Part shown: positions 55,307-64,000 of the stretch, piece after piece
How the letters are laid out: every line of letters starts with the position of its first letter
Numbering within the stretch: the stretch's first letter is position 1
Source: an uncultured Kiloniellales bacterium
GTDB lineage: Bacteria > Actinomycetota > Acidimicrobiia > Spongiisociales > UBA5794
DNA: 64,000 nucleotides
NCBI GenBank assembly: GCA_964196275.1
Contig: CAXMSN010000092.1
Location: forward strand, 1,296 to 65,295
Reading direction: 5' to 3'
Position numbers and translations under genes: made by a program
The notes under the pieces: model-generated
Database searches by the model: none
Told to the model about the DNA's origin: nothing
Seen by the model: the letters and a program-made list of their open reading frames with translations, nothing else

Positions 55307-56223
55307 TGCGCCCCCATAGTGGTGAGGTAGTCGTCGAAGGATCGTCCGGTTAACCGCTCGTATGCCTCGATGTAGCGATTGCTTGTTTCGGCGATCACGG
55401 CAGCTGGCATCTCGGGTGCTGGCGGCGTCTTGTCCCATCCCGGCTGATCCTCGAGCCAGTCGCGCACAGGCTGCTTGTCGAACGAAGGCATCGTGGCCCC
55501 TTCGTGCCACGCATCGGCTGGCCAATATCGGGAACTGTCAGGCGTGAGGACCTCGTCGATCAGGATGACCTCCTCACCGACCATGCCGAACTCGAATTTG
55601 GTGTCGGCGAGGATGATCCCCTTGGATGACGCATGTTCGGCGCCCCTCCGATAGATGGCGAGCGAAAGGTCGCGCAGTTGCTCGTACAGATCGTTTCCCA
55701 CGAAGTCCCTCGCCCTGGCCTCGGTGAGGTTCTCGTCGTGACCACTCTCAGCCTTGGTTGCTGGTGTGAAGATCGGCTCGTCGAGTTTGCTTGCCATCGA
55801 GAGGCCGTCTGGTAGGTGCTCCGTCGTCGGTCCACCACCTGATGCGTACTCCTTCCAACTCGACCCGTAGAGGTACCCCCTGATGACGCACTCCATGGGG
55901 ATGACGTCGGCGGCATGGACGAGCATGGAGCGCCCCGCGTAGGTCCGCTGTTCGTCTGCGTCGAGAAAGCCCATCTCTGATGTATCTGCAGTGATGAGAT
56001 GGTGGGGAGTGTCCAGCATCTCGAACCAATCAAGCGACACGCCGGTCAGCACTGCGCCTTTGTACGGAATGTCTTCCCCGAGGACGACGTCGAACGCCGA
56101 GATGCGGTCCGTCGCAACGATCAGAAGCCGGTTGGCGTCGACACGGAAGATCTCGCGAACCTTGCCCGATTCAAGGTGTTCCAGCGCTGTCACGAGGGCG
56201 ATGGTAGCAATCGCCCCGACCAC
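55303..56223 (-). CDS. purC: Phosphoribosylaminoimidazole-succinocarboxamide synthase
   Basis: SGKVREIF...VATDRISAFD...ILADTKFEFG. GTG start at the ORF limit; a shorter start is possible. Confidence 0.95.
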   Translation of the reverse strand: MVGAIATIALVTALEHLESGKVREIFRVDANRLLIVATDRISAFDVVLGEDIPYKGAVLTGVSLDWFEMLDTPHHLITADTSEMGFLDADEQRTYAGRSMLVHAADVIPMECVIRGYLYGSSWKEYASGGGPTTEHLPDGLSMASKLDEPIFTPATKAESGHDENLTEARARDFVGNDLYEQLRDLSLAIYRRGAEHASSKGIILADTKFEFGMVGEEVILIDEVLTPDSSRYWPADAWHEGATMPSFDKQPVRDWLEDQPGWDKTPPAPEMPAAVIAETSNRYIEAYERLTGRSFDDYLTTMGAQ

Positions 56224-56252
56224 TCTGATCTTCCTCGGCAGACGAATCCTCG

Positions 56253-57569
56253 TCAGGATCGATCGAAGTCTGGGATGTCTCTTTCGAGGTTTCTGAGCGG
56301 TCCGTACAGCCAGCCACCGATTCCTGCCGCCATCGTCAGCAGACCCGCGAATCCGATGAACGCACGATACGGGGCCGCATCGCCTTCACCGAACCACGTT
56401 CGGAGCACGGAGCCGACGCCTGATTTCGACTGCGTTAGAGGTACGAAGACATGGTCCATGAGTGGTCCCGCCAACGCGAAGGCCAGAGGCATGGCAAGCA
56501 GCACGATCATCATGCGCGCCGAGAAGACCCGACCCTGGACGTCCGGCTCCACCTTCGCCTGCCATAGAGCCCGATATGTGGCGTTCTGAGCCACACGCGT
56601 CAGACCTCCGGCGAAGAGGAAGGCTGTGGCGATCCACAGGGTGGATGCAAGCCCGAAGAGGACATCGAGGAGACCTGAAGCGACGACGACGACGACGATC
56701 ATCATGACCTTGCGAGCAGTGGCTCCCTTCCACACCATCATGAACGCGGCGCCGGCGAGACTCCCAAGGGCTCCGACGGACATGATGATGCCGAGCGTCT
56801 GTTCGTTTGAGATCGTCAACACGTAGCCGGTGATCAGCAGGAAGAAGAATCCTGACGCGGTGTTCATTACGAACTGAACGCTCAGAAGGCCTCGCCAGGC
56901 TGGGCGCCGATGGATATATATGAAGCCGAACGCGGCATCGGACCAAACGGTGCTCCCACTCGCTTCCGCTCCAACCGCCGACTCGGGCGGGGTAGGGAAC
57001 GTAACGATCAACAGCGTTCCCACCGCGATGAGGAACGTAAGGATGTCTATAGCAATGACCATCGCGACGCCGCCGATCGCGAGCACGGCTGCAGCGAGCA
57101 TCGGCGGAAGCAAGGTGCCGGCAGCGCCACTCAGCTGGATGAGACCCTGAGCGCGCGAGTACTGCTCCTTGGGCACAAGCAGCGATGTTGTGGCTTGATA
57201 TGCAGGCCACTGCAGGGAGGAGAAGGCCGAGCTCACGGCCAAGACTCCCGCTATTCCAATGAGGGATGGCTGCCCGAAAAGGAACATCAACGCCAGCGCG
57301 ACGGTTGCCGCGCCGGCCCCAGCGTCGGATACGATCATCGCGGTCCTTCTGTCCCATCGGTCCACATACGCGCCTGCAAACGGAGCGAGAAGCGAGCGGG
57401 GGAGGACAGCTGCGAAGCCAACTACCGCAAGCGCCGTGATCGAACCGGTTTCGAGGAACACCCAAACGGTCACGCCAAAGCTGGTGAGTCCCGTGCCGAG
57501 GATCGAGATCGTTTGTCCGAACCACACGATCAGGAACGTGCGATAGCTGTGTGTGGTTGCGGTTGTCAC
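56253..57569 (-). CDS. MFS transporter (EntS/macrolide-efflux-like)
   Basis: About 12 TM helices. Start set at GTG 57569 (VTTATTHSYRTF...), preceded by GGGAGGG. Confidence 0.85.
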   Translation of the reverse strand: MTTATTHSYRTFLIVWFGQTISILGTGLTSFGVTVWVFLETGSITALAVVGFAAVLPRSLLAPFAGAYVDRWDRRTAMIVSDAGAGAATVALALMFLFGQPSLIGIAGVLAVSSAFSSLQWPAYQATTSLLVPKEQYSRAQGLIQLSGAAGTLLPPMLAAAVLAIGGVAMVIAIDILTFLIAVGTLLIVTFPTPPESAVGAEASGSTVWSDAAFGFIYIHRRPAWRGLLSVQFVMNTASGFFFLLITGYVLTISNEQTLGIIMSVGALGSLAGAAFMMVWKGATARKVMMIVVVVVASGLLDVLFGLASTLWIATAFLFAGGLTRVAQNATYRALWQAKVEPDVQGRVFSARMMIVLLAMPLAFALAGPLMDHVFVPLTQSKSGVGSVLRTWFGEGDAAPYRAFIGFAGLLTMAAGIGGWLYGPLRNLERDIPDFDRS

Positions 57570-57654
57570 TGACCCTCCCGTGCGTACCGTAGCCCGCCGC
57601 ACTTTTGGGATTCGAAGCCACACCGAAGCCAAAGCTGCTCCTACCCTCGCATCG

Positions 57655-58053
57655 ATGGAACAGACCGAACAGCCGTGGGGGAACGAGCCGACGCCTTTCG
57701 ACGCTTTGGGTGGCGAGGCGCGGATTCGCTCAATCGTTGAACGGTTCTATGACCTGATCGATGCTGACGCCCCAACGCTTCGAGCGATGCTTCCGAAGGA
57801 CGACTCGGTATCGAGACAGAAGCTGTTCATGTATCTCGTGGAATGGACGGGTGGGCCTGAGCTCTACACGCCCGAGCGCGGGCATCCGATGATGAGGAGG
57901 CGGCATCTGCCTTTTGCGATCGGACAGGACGAGGTCGAAACGTGGCTGGCGTGTATGGGGCAATCCCTCGACGAGAACGAGGTTGCCGGCCCCGTCAGGA
58001 CCTTCCTCGATGAAAAATTCACCGCGCTCGCCCGGCACATGCAAAACGTCTAA
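57655..58053 (+). CDS. Group II truncated hemoglobin (YjbI/GlbO-like)
   Basis: Trimmed to MEQTEQPWGNEPTPFDALGGEARIRSIVERFYD. Contains MRRRHLPFAIG (proximal His region). Confidence 0.8.
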   Translation: MEQTEQPWGNEPTPFDALGGEARIRSIVERFYDLIDADAPTLRAMLPKDDSVSRQKLFMYLVEWTGGPELYTPERGHPMMRRRHLPFAIGQDEVETWLACMGQSLDENEVAGPVRTFLDEKFTALARHMQNV

Positions 58054-58128
58054 TCGACGGGGCACCCAAGGTTCTCCATCTGGGAGATTCGGCTCAAGTT
58101 TTGGTGGCGGATCTGACGATGACTAGGC

Positions 58129-58377
58129 ATGCAGTACACATACGAACTAGATACCCGCCTTACCGATGAGCGCACCTCGGTGCTCTCAGTGGGAACCGGC
58201 CGATTCGTCCGCAGCTTTGCGATCGTTGGGTGGATCCTGAACGCAGTGTTCATCATCACGGTGCTCCTCGTCTTCCCTGGGACCCTTCAGAGTCCAGTCG
58301 CATGGACGCCGTTCGCGATGATCGCGGTAGTAGCGGGCCTCACCTTCCAGGCTGGACGCCAAGTCACACACCGATAG
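58129..58377 (+). CDS. Hypothetical small two-TM membrane protein
   Basis: 82-aa ORF with two hydrophobic helices. No family recognised. Confidence 0.4.
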   Translation: MQYTYELDTRLTDERTSVLSVGTGRFVRSFAIVGWILNAVFIITVLLVFPGTLQSPVAWTPFAMIAVVAGLTFQAGRQVTHR

Positions 58378-58458
58378 TCGGCGGGTGGTCCTCGATCACC
58401 GATCTCTGCGTTTGCCCCACCTCCGTGCCCCTCTATCGTGGGCAGTCGTGGAGGTCGC

Positions 58459-59109
58459 ATGCACGACGCGTACTTTTCCGATCGAATCGAAGCAGGTCGG
58501 GCGCTCGCTGAGACGCTCCACGATTTGTCTGACCGCGACGACGTAGTCGTTCTTGCACTGCCCAGAGGGGGAGTGCCTGTTGGGTTCGAGGTCGCTCGAC
58601 GACTGAACGCACCGCTGGATGTCATCGTCGTCCGCAAGATCGGCACGCCCGGACAGCAAGAGTTGGCGATGGGGGCGGTCGCATCGGGTGGAGCGCTTGT
58701 TCGCAACGAGTGTGTCATCAACAGCATGCGCGTCGACGAAGCGACGTTCGACCGTGTGGCAGATCAGAAACGGCGCGAGGTTCGAGATCGAGAACAGCTC
58801 TTCCGTGGTGATAGTGAACCGCTTGCGGTGAAAGAGAAGGTTGTGATCGTCGTTGATGACGGTGTTGCGACGGGATCGACGATCATCGCCGCACTTCGGG
58901 CGCTCAGGCAACTCGGGCCGGCGCGTGTGATTGTGGCCGTCCCGGTCGCACCGCCAGACACGGTCGCCGCCCTTTCCGAGATCGCCGACGAGGTAGTAGC
59001 CCTGAAGATGCCAACACCCTTCATGGCAGTGGGCGCCTGGTACGGCTCCTTCCCTCAGGTCCCCGACAAGGAAGTAATACGCCTCCTCAAGAAGCTACGC
59101 AATACGTAG
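58459..59109 (+). CDS. Phosphoribosyltransferase-domain protein
   Basis: Trimmed to MHDAYFSDRIEAGRALA. Contains VVLALPRGGVPVG and the PRPP loop VVIVVDDGVATGST. Confidence 0.8.
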   Translation: MHDAYFSDRIEAGRALAETLHDLSDRDDVVVLALPRGGVPVGFEVARRLNAPLDVIVVRKIGTPGQQELAMGAVASGGALVRNECVINSMRVDEATFDRVADQKRREVRDREQLFRGDSEPLAVKEKVVIVVDDGVATGSTIIAALRALRQLGPARVIVAVPVAPPDTVAALSEIADEVVALKMPTPFMAVGAWYGSFPQVPDKEVIRLLKKLRNT

Positions 59110-59139
59110 TACGTATTACGTGGTCTGTGGCCTGTGGTC
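59105..59139. repeat. Heptanucleotide tandem array H6
   Basis: CGTAGTA CGTATTA CGTGGTC TGTGGCC TGTGGTC. It begins inside the PRTase stop codon and ends 5 nt before the purB stop (convergent genes). Confidence 0.85.
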
Positions 59140-59143
59140 GTCT

Positions 59144-60439
59144 CTAGAGTTCCGTGCTCTCCAGGCGTTCGAACACGACGGCCGCGTTTCCCAGGAACCT
59201 CTCGAAGGTGAAACAGGCATCGAGGGTTTCGCTGTCCAGTGTCACTTCCGGATCTGCCGCCAGGCGGTCCTTGAGATTGCCGCCGTTATCCCATGTCTCC
59301 ATAGCGCTTCGCTGCACGATCGCGTAGGCCTCGTCTCGCGTCAGGCCCGTGTCTATCAGTGCAAGCAGTACGGCTTGGGAGTAGACGAGCCCACGGGTGG
59401 ACTCGAGGTTCTCGAGCATGCGCTCTGCATCGACTACCAAGTTGGCGACCAACCCATTCATTCGTCGGAGCGCGTAGTGAAGGAGTCCTGTGGCATCGGG
59501 GATGATGATTCGTTCGACCGATGAGTGCGAGATATCTCTCTCGTGCCAGAGTGCGACGTTCTCAAGTCCCGCTGACGCATAGCCACGGAGCACCCGTGCG
59601 ACGCCCGTGAGGTTCTCGGATGCGATGGGATTCCGCTTGTGGGGCATCGCGGAAGAGCCCTTCTGGCCCTTCCGGAACGCCTCGCGCGCTTCGCCGACCT
59701 CGGAGCGCTGGAGGTGTCGGATCTCGGTGGCGAACCGCTCAACGGATGCGCCTACTCCAGCGATCACAGACAGGTAATGAGCGTGTCGATCGCGAGGTAT
59801 GACCTGCGTGCTTGCCGGCTCGACCCCGAGGCCGAGCGCACTGCACACGTACGTCTCAACGAACGGAGGTGTGTGGGCATAGGTGCCGACAGCGCCTGAG
59901 ATCTTGCCGAACGAGACCCCAGCGACGGCATCGGTGAGCCGCTCGTAGTCGCGCTGGATCTCGAACGCCCAGTTCGCGAGTTTCAGTCCGAAAGATGTGG
60001 GCTCTGCCCAGATGCCGTGCGTACGGCCGATGGTCGGTGTGTCCTTCAACTCCAGGGCTCGTGACTTGACGGTCTCGAAGAGGTCAGCAAGTGCGCCGAG
60101 CAGCAGCCCGCCTGACTCCATGAGCAGCACGCCGCTGGCGGTGTCGAGTACATCGGACGAGGTGAGTCCGAAGTGGACCCACTCGCCGCCCTCGGTGACG
60201 GACTCCGCAAGCAGGTCGACGAATGCAGCGACGTCGTGATTCGTTACCTGTTCGCGCTCCTTCCACGCATCGATGTCAACTTCTGGTGCGTGTCTGGCGG
60301 CGGCAGCAGCCGACGACGGCGCCTTGCCGAGCTCTGCCCATGCTTCGACGACGAGGGTCTCGACCTCCTTCCACACAGCGAGCTTCCTGGTGTCAGACCA
60401 GATCGCTGCCATCTCTGGCGTGGAGTACCGTTCGATCAT
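59144..60439 (-). CDS. purB: Adenylosuccinate lyase
   Basis: 431 aa. Contains the fumarate-lyase signature GSSAMPHKRNP. Confidence 0.95.
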   Translation of the reverse strand: MIERYSTPEMAAIWSDTRKLAVWKEVETLVVEAWAELGKAPSSAAAAARHAPEVDIDAWKEREQVTNHDVAAFVDLLAESVTEGGEWVHFGLTSSDVLDTASGVLLMESGGLLLGALADLFETVKSRALELKDTPTIGRTHGIWAEPTSFGLKLANWAFEIQRDYERLTDAVAGVSFGKISGAVGTYAHTPPFVETYVCSALGLGVEPASTQVIPRDRHAHYLSVIAGVGASVERFATEIRHLQRSEVGEAREAFRKGQKGSSAMPHKRNPIASENLTGVARVLRGYASAGLENVALWHERDISHSSVERIIIPDATGLLHYALRRMNGLVANLVVDAERMLENLESTRGLVYSQAVLLALIDTGLTRDEAYAIVQRSAMETWDNGGNLKDRLAADPEVTLDSETLDACFTFERFLGNAAVVFERLESTEL

Positions 60440-60882
60440 TCGGCGAGCCCTCTCCTATACGTGTCGAGTTTGCGAGCCAGGTCTTCGTCCGCGACGCTCA
60501 GGATCGCGATGGCAAGGTATGCGGCGTTGGCCGATGAATCGATTGCGACGGTGGCCACCGGTATGCCCGTCGGCATCTGCACCGTCGAGTAGAGAGCGTC
60601 GACGCCACCGAGGCCACCGGCTGATACAGGGATGCCGATAACGGGCAGCGTCGAGTGTGCTGCGACTGCCCCGGCAAGGTGTGCTGCCTTGCCTGCACCG
60701 CAGATGATCGCTCCGAAACCGTTATCCCTTGCCGAAGAAGCGAACTCCGCGACCTTCGCAGGTGTGCGGTGTGCCGACATCACATGAACCTCATGCTCGA
60801 CCCCGAACTCTTCGAGCACGGCGGCACTCGGTTCCATCTTCGACATGTCCTTATCGGACCCCATCAAGATGGCGACCTTCAT
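60436..60882 (-). CDS. purE: 5-(carboxyamino)imidazole ribonucleotide mutase
   Basis: [14 protein letters not shown]...MSAHRTP...AGKAAHLAG...PVIGIPV. Confidence 0.95.
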   Translation of the reverse strand: MKVAILMGSDKDMSKMEPSAAVLEEFGVEHEVHVMSAHRTPAKVAEFASSARDNGFGAIICGAGKAAHLAGAVAAHSTLPVIGIPVSAGGLGGVDALYSTVQMPTGIPVATVAIDSSANAAYLAIAILSVADEDLARKLDTYRRGLAE

Positions 60883-62147
60883 GGTGCGTTCCCTTCCTTC
60901 AGCGCACCGATGTCGGTGCGGTATTGCTTTCCATTGAACGTAACGGCCTCGACTGCTCTGTAGGCCGTGGCCCGTGCCTCCCCGATTGTGCCAGCTTCGC
61001 CGACGACATTGAGGACGCGACCCCCCGAGGTCTCGAGGTGGTCATCAGAGTGTTGCGTCCCTGCGTGGAACACGATCGTGCCAGCAGGAAGATCGTGGAT
61101 CGTGATCAGGTCGCCCTTGCGCGGCGCATCCGGGTATCCACTCGCCGCGAGAACCACATTCACCGTCACCTTGTCTGCCCACTCGAGTTTGATGCCAGCG
61201 AGTCCGTTCATCGTGGCTTCGTATATGGCGTGCAGAAGATCCGACTTGAGTCGGGGCAGGACCACTTGGGTCTCTGGATCGCCGAGCCTGCAATTGAATT
61301 CGACGACCCGCGGGCCCGTATCGGTCAACATGAGACCCACGTAGAGGAAGCCCGTGTAGTCGATGCCCATCGAGGCGAGTTGAGTAAGTGTTGGCTTTGC
61401 GACGTGCGTCGTTGTCCACTGCACCAGATCGTCCGGGAGGTCGTCAACGGGTGAGTACGCTCCCATCCCTCCGGTGTTCGGGCCGAGGTCGCCATCCGAA
61501 AGCCGCTTGTAATCGCGTGCTGGCTCGAGCGGAACCGCAACACCATCGGCGCAGAGATAGAAGACGGAGACCTCGTCTCCCTCCATGTACTCCTCTATTA
61601 CGACGGATGACCCGGCGCTGGCGAACCGACCACCGAGACAGTCGTCAACCCAGGCATTTGCAGCGGCAACGTCGTCGGTGACGAGTACTCCCTTGCCAGC
61701 GGCGAGCCCGTCAGCTTTCACTACGTACGGACCGCCAAACGAACCTAGGTGTTCCCGTGCGCTCGACCGATCCGTGAAGGTCCGGGCTGCAGCCGTCGGG
61801 ACACCGGCTTGGTCCATGATCAGCTTCGCAAACGTCTTCGAGGACTCCAGCTGTGCTCCATCGGCTCCAGGGCCGAACACGGCGATGCCGGCAGAGCGCA
61901 AGACATCTGCGACTCCCGCTGCAAGGGGGGCCTCGGGGCCGATCACCACGAGATCTGCCGACGATCTGGCGGCAAGGTCAAGGACGGCGTCGGGATCCAT
62001 GATGTCTACATCGTCGACGATGTCTCCAAGCTCGCGCAGACCCGGGTTCCCTGGGCACGAAATCAGTGCTTCAAGTAGAGGGCTCTGTGTGAGCTTCCAT
62101 CCGATCGCATGTTCCCTGCCGCCACCACCTAGGAGGAGAACACGCAT
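60879..62147 (-). CDS. purD: Phosphoribosylamine-glycine ligase
   Basis: MRVLLLGGGGREHAIGWKL..., an ATP-grasp core, and GGRVLNV. Confidence 0.95.
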   Translation of the reverse strand: MRVLLLGGGGREHAIGWKLTQSPLLEALISCPGNPGLRELGDIVDDVDIMDPDAVLDLAARSSADLVVIGPEAPLAAGVADVLRSAGIAVFGPGADGAQLESSKTFAKLIMDQAGVPTAAARTFTDRSSAREHLGSFGGPYVVKADGLAAGKGVLVTDDVAAANAWVDDCLGGRFASAGSSVVIEEYMEGDEVSVFYLCADGVAVPLEPARDYKRLSDGDLGPNTGGMGAYSPVDDLPDDLVQWTTTHVAKPTLTQLASMGIDYTGFLYVGLMLTDTGPRVVEFNCRLGDPETQVVLPRLKSDLLHAIYEATMNGLAGIKLEWADKVTVNVVLAASGYPDAPRKGDLITIHDLPAGTIVFHAGTQHSDDHLETSGGRVLNVVGEAGTIGEARATAYRAVEAVTFNGKQYRTDIGALKEGNAP

Positions 62148-62154
62148 GCTCCCA

Positions 62155-63459
<1,305 letters not shown>

Positions 63460-63565
63460 TTACCTGTATCGGGCGGCACCCATGAATCCGTCGAAGCGAA
63501 TGTCGAGCGGTGTTTGATTTCATCGGCGCTAGTCTTTCGCTTCGGATAGCGTGCCCGCTAGATCG

Positions 63566-64000
63566 ATGAACGGAGCGGCTGTGGACGAGCAAATCGTCAC
63601 CCGAAAAGCGACAAAGGATCCCGTCAACGAGCCGGTGGTTCTTGCCGTGTCAGACACCCCACCGATTCGTACGGAGGCCCTGCACATCCACTCCACGGAA
63701 ACGATGGAGTTCTGGGATGTCACACAGGTTGTCCGAGATGTTGTCAAGAGGTCCGGTGTCACACACGGCCAGGTGACGGTGTATTCACCGCACACGACCA
63801 CGACCGTCGTGATCAACGAATCAGAGACCGGCTTCCTCAACGATTTCCGTCGCGTCATCGAGGGGCTCGTGCCCACGGATGTGTACTACGAGCACGACGA
63901 TCACGATGTCCGTACCGAGAACCTCCCAGAGGACGAGTTCGAGAACGGGCAAGCGCATGTGCGTCAACTTCTGACGGGTCAGCCGTCGGTCAACGTGCCG
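63566..64000 (+). CDS. YjbQ/UPF0047 family protein (secondary thiamine-phosphate synthase-like). The 3' end runs off the window.
   Basis: Manual translation gives ...EALHIHSTETMEFWDVTQVVRDVVKRSGVTHGQVTVYSPHTTTTVVINESE...YEHDD...NGQAHVRQLL. The start is uncertain: ATG 63566, with in-frame GTG alternatives downstream. Confidence 0.8.
   Translation, partial: MNGAAVDEQIVTRKATKDPVNEPVVLAVSDTPPIRTEALHIHSTETMEFWDVTQVVRDVVKRSGVTHGQVTVYSPHTTTTVVINESETGFLNDFRRVIEGLVPTDVYYEHDDHDVRTENLPEDEFENGQAHVRQLLTGQPSVNVP

Noticed and set aside
55200-55330. An apparent 1-nt discrepancy when hand-indexing the purS/purC junction against the ORF track, which at first looked like a frameshift in purS.
   Set aside because: All three overlapping tracked ORFs agree on an intact frame, so the discrepancy is a hand-counting error. 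Gene coordinates here follow the ORF track. Hand-indexed short motifs elsewhere may carry an uncertainty of 1-2 nt.

Overview
GC-rich bacterial chromosomal segment, most likely actinobacterial. The evidence for that is a bS22-type mini ribosomal protein, a PAC2 protein, Lnt, an LCP protein, F420-type LLM and PPOX enzymes, and a CsoR-CopZ-CopA operon. I see about 65 protein genes, almost all housekeeping. No rRNA, tRNA, CRISPR array, transposase, integrase or recognisable defence island was seen.

Main gene content:
- A fragmented purine-biosynthesis supercluster on the minus strand: purM-purF, purL-purQ-purS-purC, and purB-purE-purD-purA.
- ilvD, thrB, dinB, rsgA and lnt.
- A cbs-like/cgl reverse-transsulfuration pair.
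- A csoR-copZ-copA copper operon.
- Two ABC-2 exporters.
- A vapBC toxin-antitoxin pair.

Observations the ORF track does not explain:
1. A SelW/Rdx-like gene whose redox motif is restored only by reading through an in-frame TGA (YCAS-U-GY). A SECIS-like hairpin follows directly.
2. Six intergenic arrays of degenerate heptanucleotide tandem repeats, phase CGNNNTM.
3. A structured repeat of about 130-200 nt with hairpin ends, present in three full copies in both orientations. Two inverted copies bracket a single DUF3179 gene inside the pur cluster.
4. A dispersed motif of about 45-60 nt at four intergenic sites.
5. An amidase interrupted by an in-frame TAG where the family has Trp.
6. An untracked 30-aa bS22-like ORF.
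7. A membrane-tethered AlbA_2/Schlafen-like protein overlapping a DUF4389 gene.

Nothing here can be asserted to be a new multi-gene system. The repeat families and the selenoprotein candidate are the best leads. Gene boundaries were derived from the ORF track by codon arithmetic. Coordinates of short motifs may be off by 1-2 nt.
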